DNA of 64,000 nucleotides from Chloroflexota bacterium (GCA_016191345.1 JACPOU010000012.1:2528-66527); one strand, 5' to 3'; positions 9,682 through 18,585 are shown, numbered from the stretch's first letter. Program-made: numbers and translations. The notes: generated by a model not told the origin, from the sequence alone.

Positions 9682-10484
9682 CGGACGAGGCTCCGCTCCG
9701 GTGCCCAGCGCAGGGCGAGTTCCCGCGTCGCCGCCGCGGTGTCGATGTCGGCGACCGCGACACCGACCTCGCCGTAGGACAGGCTCGCCAGGAGCTCCCC
9801 GTCCGGGTCGATGATCCCGGTGATCGACCCCTGCGTGGACGCCGCGCAGTTCGCCGCGGCGACGAAGACCGTGTTCTCGAGCGCCCGCGAGCGGAGGGCG
9901 GATTCGTTGTACGGGTTCGAGGGCGCGCGCCACGCGGTCGGCAGCGTCCCGTCCTCGGTCGTGACGAACTGCGGCGCGAAGATCACGTCGGCGCCGGCGA
10001 GGACCATCGACCGGACGAGCTCGGGGTAGCGGAAGCCCTCGTGGCAGATCGCGATCCCGAACGTCAGCCCGGCCACCGTGAAGACGCGCCGCCCCGAGCC
10101 GGGCACGTACCCGCCTTCGGACTCCTCGGTCGGGTCGACTTGGGTCTTTACCTGTTCCCCCAGCCGCGTGCCGTCCGCACCGATGACGATCGACACGATC
10201 TCGCGGCCGCCCTCGACCGGGCGCTCCGTCCCGACGATCGCCACGACCCCCGCCCGTCGAGCGGCGTCCGCGACGACCGCCAGCGCCGCGTCGAGCGAGG
10301 CCTGGTCGACGTCCGGCACGGGGAGGCCCTGGAGGCGATGGCCGGGCAGCCCCGTCTCGGGCAGGCACACGATCCGCGCCCCGAGGCGCGCCGCTGTCTC
10401 GATCGCCGCGACCGCGGCGGGCACGGCCTCGTCGAGCGTCCGAGTCAGGGGCGTCGAGGCGACGCCGATCCGGATCGTCGGCAT
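9678..10484 (-). CDS. Carbon-nitrogen hydrolase (nitrilase superfamily)
   Basis: E-K-C triad context (CLPE, QVKTQ, ICHEG) and RALENTVFV. Start ATG 10484. Confidence 0.88.
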   Translation of the reverse strand: MPTIRIGVASTPLTRTLDEAVPAAVAAIETAARLGARIVCLPETGLPGHRLQGLPVPDVDQASLDAALAVVADAARRAGVVAIVGTERPVEGGREIVSIVIGADGTRLGEQVKTQVDPTEESEGGYVPGSGRRVFTVAGLTFGIAICHEGFRYPELVRSMVLAGADVIFAPQFVTTEDGTLPTAWRAPSNPYNESALRSRALENTVFVAAANCAASTQGSITGIIDPDGELLASLSYGEVGVAVADIDTAAATRELALRWAPERSLVR

Positions 10485-10494
10485 CGGGCGCGGG

Positions 10495-12537
10495 TCAGCC
10501 CGCGGGAGCCGCCGGGGAGCCGCTGGAGCTCGGCGTCGCGCGGCGCGCCTCGAGCGCCTCGCGGACCTGGGCGGCGAGCCCGTCGGCATCGAGGCGGAGC
10601 ATCCGCCGGAGGTCCGCCACGGAGCCGTGGTCCACGAACCGGTCGCCGGGGATCCCGAGGATCCGGACCGACACCTCGCGATAGGCGGGATCGGTGGTCC
10701 GCGCCTCCTCGATGGCCTCGAGGACCGCGCTCCCGAAGCCGCCGGTCACCACGGATTCCTCGAACGTCACCACGAGCTGCTTGCCCCGCGCGGCATCGAG
10801 GATGAGCTGGCGGTCGAGCGGCTTCGCGAACCGCGCGTTGATCTGCCCGACGGACCAGCCATCGCCCTCGAGGATCGCCGCCGCCGCCGCCATCCGCTGG
10901 ACGATCGGCCCGAAGCCCACGAAGAGGACGTCGCGACCCTCGGCGAGGACCTCGCCCCGCCCGACGGGGATCTCGACCGGCGCCGTCTCGGGCAGGCCGA
11001 GCCCCGGGTCGCGGGGATAGTGGAGCGCGAACGGGTGGTCCTGGGCCATCGCCGTCCGGACGAGGCTCCGGAGCTCCTGCTCGTCCTTGGGTGAGGCGAT
11101 CACGAGGTACGGCAGCTGGCGCTGCGCGGGCAGCGTGAACATGCCCTGGTGCGACGTCCCGTCCTCGCCGACGAGGCCCGCCCGGTCGACACCGAGCAGG
11201 ACCGGCAGGTCGTTCTGGCAGACGTCGTGGACGGTCTGGTCGAAGGCCCGCTGGAGGAACGTGGAGTAGAGCGCGACCACCGGCCGCATCCCGCCGAGCG
11301 CGAGCCCTGCGGCGAGCGTGACCGCATGCTGCTCCGCGATCCCGACGTCGATGGAGCGGTCCGGGTAGGCCGCCGCGAACTTCGCCATGCCGGTGCCCGT
11401 CGGCATCCCGGCCGTGATCCCGACGATCCGCCGATCCGTCTTCCCGAGCTCCACGAGGGTGTCCGCGAAGACCGAGGTGTAGTTCGGGGGCTTGCTGGGC
11501 GCGTCGGGCTTCGCGGCCGGCGGCACGGCGTCGCCGTTGGAGCCCTTTCCATGGGGCGTGGCCGGCCCGATCGTCGCCGGCGTCCGCGACGCCCCGTCGT
11601 GGGCATCGGCGTTCGGGGCCAGCTCGATCGGCGGCAGGGCGGCCCCGTGGAAGGACACCTGGTCCGCCTCGGCCGGGCGGAAGCCGCGGCCCTTCTGGGT
11701 CCGGACGTGGACGAGGACCGGGCCCTTCAGCTCGAGGACACGCTCGAACGTCTCGAGGAGGGCGTGCAGATCATGGCCCGGCACGACGCCGATGTAGGTG
11801 ACGCCGAGGTCCTCGAAGAGCTGGCCCGGCGAGGCGAGGTTGACCACGGACCGGCGGAGCCGCTGGCTCCACTCGAGCGCGCCGCCGCCGACGACCGGGA
11901 TCCTCTCGACGAGCCCGTCGTAGGCCGACTTGCTCTGCTGCCAGGCCGTGCTGAGCTTGATCTTCGAGAGGTAGGTGGAGAAGGCGCCGACGGTCGGGCT
12001 GATCGACATCTCGTTGTCGTTGAGGACGATGAGGAGCTGCGTCCCCTTGTGGCCGATGTCGTTGAGCGCCTCGAGCGAGAGGCCGCTCATGAGAGCCGCG
12101 TCGCCGACGACGACCGCGATCCGCTCCAGGCCGTGGCGCATGTCGCGCGCCGTGGCAAGGCCCTGGGCGATCGAGAGGCCCGTCCCCGCGTGCCCGCCGT
12201 CGAAGACATCGTGCTCGCTCTCCGAGCGCCGCGGGAATCCGCCGACCCCGTCGAGCTGGCGGAGGGTGTCGAACCGATCCAGGCGGCCCGTGAGGAGCTT
12301 GTGGGCGTAGGCCTGGTGGCCGGTGTCCCAGACGATCCGGTCATGCGGCGATTCGAGGAGCCGGTGGAGGGCGATGGTCAGCTCCACCACGCCGAGCGAC
12401 GAGCCGAGATGGCCGCCGGTCGTGGCGACGGTCCGGATGATCGTCTCGCGGATCTCCGCGGCGAGGACCGCCAACTGGCCCTCATCGAGGCCGCGCAGGT
12501 CGGCGGGTCCGGTCAGGCGTTCGAGGATCGAGGTCAC
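10495..12537 (-). CDS. dxs: 1-deoxy-D-xylulose-5-phosphate synthase
   Basis: GGHLGSSLGVVEL, WDTGHQAYAHK, LNDNEMSI, DVGIAEQHA, YSTFLQRAFDQ and DRAGLVGEDG. Start GTG 12537. Confidence 0.96.
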   Translation of the reverse strand: MTSILERLTGPADLRGLDEGQLAVLAAEIRETIIRTVATTGGHLGSSLGVVELTIALHRLLESPHDRIVWDTGHQAYAHKLLTGRLDRFDTLRQLDGVGGFPRRSESEHDVFDGGHAGTGLSIAQGLATARDMRHGLERIAVVVGDAALMSGLSLEALNDIGHKGTQLLIVLNDNEMSISPTVGAFSTYLSKIKLSTAWQQSKSAYDGLVERIPVVGGGALEWSQRLRRSVVNLASPGQLFEDLGVTYIGVVPGHDLHALLETFERVLELKGPVLVHVRTQKGRGFRPAEADQVSFHGAALPPIELAPNADAHDGASRTPATIGPATPHGKGSNGDAVPPAAKPDAPSKPPNYTSVFADTLVELGKTDRRIVGITAGMPTGTGMAKFAAAYPDRSIDVGIAEQHAVTLAAGLALGGMRPVVALYSTFLQRAFDQTVHDVCQNDLPVLLGVDRAGLVGEDGTSHQGMFTLPAQRQLPYLVIASPKDEQELRSLVRTAMAQDHPFALHYPRDPGLGLPETAPVEIPVGRGEVLAEGRDVLFVGFGPIVQRMAAAAAILEGDGWSVGQINARFAKPLDRQLILDAARGKQLVVTFEESVVTGGFGSAVLEAIEEARTTDPAYREVSVRILGIPGDRFVDHGSVADLRRMLRLDADGLAAQVREALEARRATPSSSGSPAAPAG

Positions 12538-12646
12538 GGGTGGCGGCGCTCCTGGGGCGTTTCGGACGGGTGCGAGTCTACCCCGACGTTGGACGAGCGC
12601 CCGGGTCCTGACGTGCCGGGGAGGCCTCGCCGGCGCCGACGGGAAC

Positions 12647-12675
12647 GTGATACCACACGGGCGCAGGTTTCGCAA
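12647..12675 (-). promoter_or_regulatory. Putative sigma70-type promoter of dxs
   Basis: The minus strand reads TTGCGA-N17-TATCAC, about 110 nt upstream of the dxs start. Confidence 0.45.
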
Positions 12676-12719
12676 CGGCCCGGCGGGTCGGGGCCGTGAG
12701 CGATTCCATCGGTTACGAA

Positions 12720-12888
12720 TGAGCGTCGTCGTATTCGGCGGGAGAGACCCATTCGGGGTCAGGTACGAACGAGGGTCGTCATCGGTGCGTCGGGGCAGCC
12801 GGAGCGTCAATCAGCGACCCGAATTCCCGGTTGCAGTGAACACGGAGCCGCCACCCCGAACCGGCGGCCCGCCGCGGCGGGTGGCGGA
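12720..12888. ncRNA. Candidate structured intergenic RNA or palindromic element
   Basis: Nested complementary segments: cgtattc/gaacacg, cggga/tcccg, gaccc-attc-ggggtc, gggtcg...cgaccc, and ccgccaccc...gggtggcgg. Confidence 0.3.
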
Positions 12889-12955
12889 ATCGCACCTACC
12901 ACGATGCCCGGTCGTTTCCGGGCCTCGGACGCCTGACGCTCGACTCAGCCGGCGA

Positions 12956-13336
12956 TCAGCCCGTCGGCCGGATCTTCCAGTACGAATCCTTCTTCACGAC
13001 GCGGCCGTCGCGGAACGTCCACAGGTCGCAGCCGCGGACCTCGATCCGCTGGCCGTCGGTCGTGGTCCCGGACAGGGTCCACTCGGAGGCGCCGCGGTCG
13101 CCGTCGACGAAGTGCTCGTCGTCCTGGTAGCGGACGTCCGGGATGCCGGCAAATCGGCCGGCGAAGGCCTCGCGAACCGCCGCCGCCCCGACGAAGCGCG
13201 TCCCCCAGGCCTCCGAACCCCGTGGACCCTCGAAGACGGCGTCGTCGGCGAAGTGGGCCATGATCCCGTCGAGATCGTGCGTGTCGAAGGCCGTCGCGAT
13301 CGCCTTGAGCATCCGCATGCCGTCGTCGTGGTTCAT
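12956..13336 (-). CDS. SnoaL-like / NTF2-like family protein
   Basis: AFDTHDLDGIMAHFADDAVF...GASEWTLSG...RGCDLWTFRDGRVVKKDSYWK. RBS AGGAGG precedes the ATG at 13336. Confidence 0.88.
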   Translation of the reverse strand: MNHDDGMRMLKAIATAFDTHDLDGIMAHFADDAVFEGPRGSEAWGTRFVGAAAVREAFAGRFAGIPDVRYQDDEHFVDGDRGASEWTLSGTTTDGQRIEVRGCDLWTFRDGRVVKKDSYWKIRPTG

Positions 13337-13432
13337 GGTGTCCTCCTGGTCGTTCGGGCGGTTCAGCGGCGCGATGCCGGTACCCGACGACCGGCACTTG
13401 ACACGAGGTGCGAAGGGGCGCAGACCATCCCC

Positions 13433-13660
13433 ATGACCTTCGGCAACAACGGCCCCATCGTGGGCCACGCCATCATCAAGGCCACGGGAACCGAGCGCGA
13501 GGCGTCGGCGCGGGCGCATGAGGCGGCCGCCAGCCGCGCGGCGCTCGACGAGGACGAGCTGCGCGAGGTCGAGTACGCGGCCATGGGCCTGCCGCTGCCC
13601 CACCGGGAGACGTCATCGCGCCCCCGACGCTCCATCCTGCGGCGCCTGCTCCGGCGCTAG
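13433..13660 (+). CDS. Hypothetical small protein (75 aa)
   Basis: MTFGNNGPIVGHAIIKATG...SILRRLLRR; GC3-rich codons; divergent from the SnoaL-like gene. Confidence 0.55.
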   Translation: MTFGNNGPIVGHAIIKATGTEREASARAHEAAASRAALDEDELREVEYAAMGLPLPHRETSSRPRRSILRRLLRR

Positions 13661-13698
13661 CCAGCCGGCCTCGCGGCCGCGCCACCCGGCACGATCGC

Positions 13699-14313
13699 TC
13701 AACTTGACGTCCGGTCACCGCGGCCGCCGACAACCCTGCGCCCGATGAGCGCGAGCAAGGTCGCGGCCACGATGAGGCCCAGGATCGTCTGAGTCGCCCG
13801 GGCGAACGCGTCTGGATCGGCGGCCGGACGGCCCTCACCCGCTTCGGGGCCGGTTGCGAAGGCGAGGGCGTCGTCATCGGTGATCCGTTCGAACGCAATC
13901 CCGGCAGGCGGCTGGCCGGCCACCCAGGCCACGGTGCTGTACAGACTGCCCGTTGCCTCCCGCCGTGCGTCGAGCGCGAGGGCGATCCGGTCGCCCACCC
14001 GAACGACGACCCGCGACGCGCAGGGCACCGTCGCGACGCTGGAGAGTTCCCAGATGAGCGGTGCCGAGCCGCGGATCGTCGCGGCGACCCGAATGGTGAA
14101 CTCGGGCGACCAGCCGTCGACCACTGGATCGACCGCGCCACCCTCGTTCACGTCGACCACATCGCCGATGACGATGGTCCGGGCCGTCGCCGCCGTCTCG
14201 GCGAACGCCGGGTAGCGGCCCTCCGGGTTGCATTCCGCCGCGACGCCGCCGGGCAGGGCCATGCCGAGCAGCACGAGGAGCGCGCCAGTCCGCAGGCGAT
14301 TGATCCTGATCAC
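13699..14313 (-). CDS. Hypothetical exported protein with signal peptide and C-terminal membrane anchor
   Basis: N-terminal RLRTGALLVLLGMALPGGVAA-EC, two Cys residues, and C-terminal TILGLIVAATLLALIGRR. Start GTG 14313 inferred. Confidence 0.6.
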   Translation of the reverse strand: MIRINRLRTGALLVLLGMALPGGVAAECNPEGRYPAFAETAATARTIVIGDVVDVNEGGAVDPVVDGWSPEFTIRVAATIRGSAPLIWELSSVATVPCASRVVVRVGDRIALALDARREATGSLYSTVAWVAGQPPAGIAFERITDDDALAFATGPEAGEGRPAADPDAFARATQTILGLIVAATLLALIGRRVVGGRGDRTSS

Positions 14314-14342
14314 GCGGCCGCGCGGCGAACGTCGCCAGGCCC

Positions 14343-15149
14343 TCACGAGGGGCTGGCAGCCGTCCCGCGGCCGATCGGGATCGCCACGACCTCGAGCCCA
14401 CCGGAGCGCCCGGCGATCTCGACCTGTCGAGCGGCGACATCGGCCGTCCCGTCCGCCCGGCTCCAGCTGTCGCGGCTCACGAGGAGCTCGCCGGGTCCCG
14501 CCACGCTCCCGAGCCGGGCGGCGACGTTCACGGAGTCGCCCAGCGCCGTGAAGTCGATCTTGCCCTCGCTGCCGATCGCCCCGACGAATGCCTCGCCGGT
14601 GTGCACCCCTGCGCCCACGCGGAACCCCTGCTCCGACAGCCCGCTGCGGTCCACGCCCTCGAGGATGGCGGTGGCCGCCCGGATCGCCCGGGCGGCGTGG
14701 TTCTCGCCCGCGATGACCGGAATGAACAGGGCCATGACGCCATCCCCGAGGAACTTGTCGACGATCCCGCCGTTGTGATCCACCGCCGTGGCGGCGACGC
14801 GGTAATACTCCTGGAGCAGCCCCCGGTAGCGGGCCGCGCTGATGCGCTCGGCGAGGCCGGTCGATCCCCGGACATCGGCGAAGACGATGCTGATCTCCAG
14901 CTCCGCGCCACCCGGAAAATTCGCCAGGTGCCCGAAGCACGCCTTGCAAAGGAGTGGATTGTCCTGGACGGGGCCGTGCCACATGAGCCTGGCCGCGGCC
15001 CCGCCGACGCCGTGGAAGGGCGAGGCGCAGACCTTGCACCGTGGCGCCGACGGGACACGCTTCCAGAGGCTCCGGACCTTCAGGAGGGACGGATCTTCAC
15101 CGGTCAGTAGCGCACGCCACTGCGCGCTCGCGGGATCGTCGAGCGTCAT
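14343..15149 (-). CDS. Class III adenylate cyclase with N-terminal CxxC...CxxC domain
   Basis: FADVRGST, VDKFLGDGVMALF, GVHTG and DFTALGDSVNVAARL; N-terminal CKVC and CKAC. Confidence 0.9.
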   Translation of the reverse strand: MTLDDPASAQWRALLTGEDPSLLKVRSLWKRVPSAPRCKVCASPFHGVGGAAARLMWHGPVQDNPLLCKACFGHLANFPGGAELEISIVFADVRGSTGLAERISAARYRGLLQEYYRVAATAVDHNGGIVDKFLGDGVMALFIPVIAGENHAARAIRAATAILEGVDRSGLSEQGFRVGAGVHTGEAFVGAIGSEGKIDFTALGDSVNVAARLGSVAGPGELLVSRDSWSRADGTADVAARQVEIAGRSGGLEVVAIPIGRGTAASPS

Positions 15150-15275
15150 GCCGGCGATGGTACGCCGAAGTAGTGCTGCCGAGGACATCGCGATCCGGAC
15201 TCCAGCGCGCGGATGCTGACGGTTCGCCCGGTCAACGTCGACGTCGCTTGGCTTGCGGGAATGTCACCCGGCGGA

Positions 15276-16676
15276 TCAGACCGGGGCGGCCTCGGTCCCG
15301 CGATCAGGAGTATCTCCTGCCCTCCGGCGCGTCACGAGATCCTGATAGGGCGGGAAGGCGTCCATTAGAGCGGCGATTCGTTCGATTGAGAAGCCGCACT
15401 GCAGCAGGATGCTGGCTTGCACGGCGATCGCAAGCACCTGGTTGAGGCGAAAGAGCGCTTCGCCTTGTGCCGCCTTCGGCGCCATGTCCTCGTCGAAGTG
15501 CGTGTAGTAGTGGCGCGTGTTGGCTGTCAGGCGGGCGAGTTGAGGGTCCGGCGAGATTGGGGTGAGAACAGACTCCAGGGGGCCGAACAGTGCCGTGAGC
15601 CTCTCCACGAGCGATGGTTCGTTCGAGTGGGCCAGCTTAGTCACGAGCCAGCCGCGTACTTCCTCCGGGACAGCCCCCGCGATCGAATCGACCAAGGTGC
15701 GGTGCTCTCGCTTTGATCGCACTCGGTTCGGGCGCGTTCGCCTGTGCAGGACTTCCAATGCTTGGGATAGGGCCAGGAATTTGGTCTCAACGAAGGAAGA
15801 GGAGTACTGAGTCGTGAAGTACAGATCGATGGTTTCGCGCAAGACCTCTGAGTTGCTGAACCAACCAATTAGGAGGTCGGGGAACTGCTCTTCGACATCC
15901 GAGAGGGCGAACAGCATCTCGTGCGGCATCGGAGAGGATCGACGTGGCGGCTCTGGCGGCTCGACGACCTGATAGATCGCTTGGATCAGGTCTCCGGGCG
16001 CAGTTGAAGGACCGTCGGAGGTGCGGAACGAGAGCTTCGTGATCACGCATGGTCTGCCGACGGCGATTGACAGGAACTCCTGAAATGGCTGTAGCCACTC
16101 GCGGACGAGTGCCTCGAATGATGACCCTTCGGGGAACTGGAGGCGGACTGCCCGCGAGACACTCAACCCCCTCTCATGGACCCGGTTACCGGTTACCTGC
16201 CAGCCCGTGGCTAGGGCGAGAGTTATCCCTCCAATCACGACCGACGGGAGCGGCGGATCGGTGACCGCCACTTCATATCCGCGTGGTTCAAGGGCACGCT
16301 CCGCCATCCCTCTGGCCCAGATCCACTCGGCAAGGTACGTGAACTCAAGGAAGGCTTCTGAGATCACAACGCTCCGGTAGTCGACATGTCCGCCGACTAG
16401 GACGAGCGGCGCGGCAATCGTCTGTGTTGTGAATCCGGGTGCGCTGAAGTTGGACGACTTCTCCATCGCGTTGGCGATCGTGATGGACTTTCCGCGATCG
16501 GTGAAGCCGAAGATTTGGGGATAGTCGACGTCTGCGAACGTATCAGCAAGTTCCTTGAAGCTGCCGATGAGTCGCAGCTCTGCTAGCGCGGACGGCCGCG
16601 TCTCAAGCGTCCCAGTAAGCTTGCGCTCCTCATTCTCGGGGAGCCACCAGAGCCCGGAGTAAATCGCATGATCCAT
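15276..16676 (-). CDS. ApeA-like HEPN-domain protein (putative anti-phage RNase)
   Basis: N-terminal GLWWLP...LTGTL resembles the ApeA N-terminal domain; FLALSQALEVLHR; HEPN R-x4-H motif RHYYTH (15498-15515); clearly lower GC than the flanks. Confidence 0.8.
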   Translation of the reverse strand: MDHAIYSGLWWLPENEERKLTGTLETRPSALAELRLIGSFKELADTFADVDYPQIFGFTDRGKSITIANAMEKSSNFSAPGFTTQTIAAPLVLVGGHVDYRSVVISEAFLEFTYLAEWIWARGMAERALEPRGYEVAVTDPPLPSVVIGGITLALATGWQVTGNRVHERGLSVSRAVRLQFPEGSSFEALVREWLQPFQEFLSIAVGRPCVITKLSFRTSDGPSTAPGDLIQAIYQVVEPPEPPRRSSPMPHEMLFALSDVEEQFPDLLIGWFSNSEVLRETIDLYFTTQYSSSFVETKFLALSQALEVLHRRTRPNRVRSKREHRTLVDSIAGAVPEEVRGWLVTKLAHSNEPSLVERLTALFGPLESVLTPISPDPQLARLTANTRHYYTHFDEDMAPKAAQGEALFRLNQVLAIAVQASILLQCGFSIERIAALMDAFPPYQDLVTRRRAGDTPDRGTEAAPV

Positions 16677-16815
16677 GCGTATGTCCCCAATCGCGGTCGC
16701 AATCGCTTCCGGGACTATGCGCCCTCTTCAGTCAAAGGTGGCGTGGGCGAAGGAGGCAGTCCGAGCGAACGTCTCGCGAATCGGACCGCTGAGATTCTGT
16801 CATTCGGCGTGCACG

Positions 16816-17082
16816 TCACTCGACCTCGCGGGCGTCCTCGGGGCGGACGTCGATCGTGCTCAGGGCACCGCCGGCACGGGTGACCAGCTGCTGGACCTTG
16901 AGCTCCGCCTCGGCGAGGAGGGCGGCGCAGCGCTCGTGGAGGGCGACGCCGCGCTCGTAGAGCGCGATCGAGCGTTCGAGGGCCAGGCCACCGGTCTCCA
17001 GCTCGGCCACCGTCTTCTGCAGCTCGGCGAGCGCCTCGTCGAAGGTCAGGCGGTCGATCGGGGTCTCAGTCGTCTCCGCCAC
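16816..17082 (-). CDS. xseB: Exodeoxyribonuclease VII small subunit
   Basis: TFDEALAELQKTVAELETG.LALERSIALYERGVAL...L.EAELKV. Confidence 0.95.
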   Translation of the reverse strand: MAETTETPIDRLTFDEALAELQKTVAELETGGLALERSIALYERGVALHERCAALLAEAELKVQQLVTRAGGALSTIDVRPEDAREVE

Positions 17083-17209
17083 CGGGCTCCTCGTCGCTGC
17101 GTTCGGCCAGCCGCGTGAGCCGCGGCGAGAGCCACACCATACCGAAGGCGGCGCCGGCCAGCCCGACGATGGCCGCGATGCCGAGGAAGAGGAGCAGTTC
17201 GCCGGCCAT
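17066..17209 (-). CDS. Small single-TM protein (47 aa) between xseA and xseB
   Basis: MAGELLLFLGIAAIVGLAGAAFGMVWLSPRLTRLAERSDEEPGGGDD. Starts 2 nt after the xseA stop and overlaps the xseB start. Confidence 0.6.
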   Translation of the reverse strand: MAGELLLFLGIAAIVGLAGAAFGMVWLSPRLTRLAERSDEEPGGGDD

Positions 17210-17211
17210 GC

Positions 17212-18585
17212 TCAGCGCCGCCGACGTGCCGCGCCGGGGCCACTGGAGTCTCCGGCCGTCGCCGGGAACTCGCCGCGCGCAACTCGGATGCTGAGCGCGG
17301 CGCCCGACCGCACCTCCGCCGGATCGCGGATGACCGCGCCGTCGTCCGCCCGGCGCACGATCGCGTAGCCGCGCTCCAGCGTCGCGCCCGGCCCGAGGGC
17401 CGAGAGTGCCGCACCCGCGGCCGCCAGCTGTGCCGAGGCGAGCGCGCTCCGCCGCGCGACCAAGGCCGGTAGTCGTTCCGCCAGCCGCGCCTCTCCACTC
17501 CGTCCATCGGCGATCCGCTGCTGGGCCGCCCGCGTCGCGCGGTCGAGGAGCTCCCCGGCCCGCTCCCGCGAGGCGGCCAGACGCGCCGCCGGGTGGAGCC
17601 GCTCGAGGACTCGCCGCTCCGCGATGACCTCCCGCGACGCGGAGGTCACCACGCGCCCCGCGGCCGCATGCATCCGGTCCGCGCCACGGGCGAGCGAGGC
17701 CGCGAAGTCGGCCCGGTTCGGGACCACGAGCTCCGCGGCCGCGGATGGGGTGGGCGCCCGGACGTCCGCGGCGAAGTCGGCCAGCGTCACGTCCACCTCG
17801 TGCCCGATCCCGGCGACGACCGGCAGCGTATGGGCCACGACCGCCCGGACAACTCGCTCGTCGTTGAACGACCAGAGGTCCTCCATCGAGCCGCCGCCCC
17901 TGGCGAGGATCGTGACCGCGGGCGCTTCCGAGGCCCGACCCTCGTGGCGCAGCTCCTCGACGTGCCGATCCAGGTGCCGGAACGCTGCCACGATGCTCAG
18001 CGCACTCCCCTCCCCCTGGACCTTGCAGGCGACGAGGACGACCCGGGCGAGGGGCCACCGCCGCCCAAGGACCTGGCAGACGTCCTTCCAGACGGCGCCG
18101 GTGGGCGAGGTGATGACCGCGATCGCGGCCGGCCGCACCGGCAGCGGCCGCTTCCGCGCGGCGTCGAAGAGGCCCTCCGCCGCGAGCTTCGCCTTCAGCT
18201 GCTCGAAGCGGATCGCGAGGTCCCCCACCCCGGCGGGCTGGAGCGACTCCACGTACAGCTGGAGGGCGCCCTGTGGCTCGTAGAGGTCCATCCGGCCGTG
18301 GACCACGACGCGCAGCCCGGTCTGCGGCTGGAACGCCGAGCGGACCCGCTCGTCGCGGAACCACACGCACTGGAGCTGGGACTTGTCGTCCTTCAGGGCA
18401 AAGTAGGCGTGTCCGGCGGTCGAGATCGTGACGCGCCCGACCTCGCCCTCGACCCACAGGTCGCGGAGCCGCTCGTCCGCCCGGACGAGGCCCGCGACGA
18501 CCTTTGCCGCCTCGCTGACCGCGAGGATCCGGACGCCGAACGTACCGGGCGCGCCGGCGGGCCGCGGGTCGGGTCGAAGGTCCAT
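17212..18585 (-). CDS. xseA: Exodeoxyribonuclease VII large subunit
   Basis: WVEGEV, GHAYFALKD, ITSPTGA, ARGGGSMEDLWSFNDE, GHEVD, APTPSAAAE and TLERGYAIV. Start ATG 18585. Confidence 0.95.
   Translation of the reverse strand: MDLRPDPRPAGAPGTFGVRILAVSEAAKVVAGLVRADERLRDLWVEGEVGRVTISTAGHAYFALKDDKSQLQCVWFRDERVRSAFQPQTGLRVVVHGRMDLYEPQGALQLYVESLQPAGVGDLAIRFEQLKAKLAAEGLFDAARKRPLPVRPAAIAVITSPTGAVWKDVCQVLGRRWPLARVVLVACKVQGEGSALSIVAAFRHLDRHVEELRHEGRASEAPAVTILARGGGSMEDLWSFNDERVVRAVVAHTLPVVAGIGHEVDVTLADFAADVRAPTPSAAAELVVPNRADFAASLARGADRMHAAAGRVVTSASREVIAERRVLERLHPAARLAASRERAGELLDRATRAAQQRIADGRSGEARLAERLPALVARRSALASAQLAAAGAALSALGPGATLERGYAIVRRADDGAVIRDPAEVRSGAALSIRVARGEFPATAGDSSGPGAARRRR

Noticed and set aside
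12738-12770. Glycine riboswitch (GGAGAG...CAGG resemblance)
   Set aside because: It lacks the CCGAAG and CTCTCAGG core and is on the opposite strand to dxs.
10495-12810. Long N-terminal extensions in the ORF track (dxs, scpA, tlyA, alaS, iscS, typA, murJ, xerC, dprA and others)
   Set aside because: The extensions overlap neighbouring genes or promoters; homology motifs and -10 or RBS positions support shorter starts.
14343-15149. Pycsar pyrimidine cyclase
   Set aside because: The adenine-specifying Lys and Asp residues are present, and there is no adjacent cNMP-binding TIR or TM effector.
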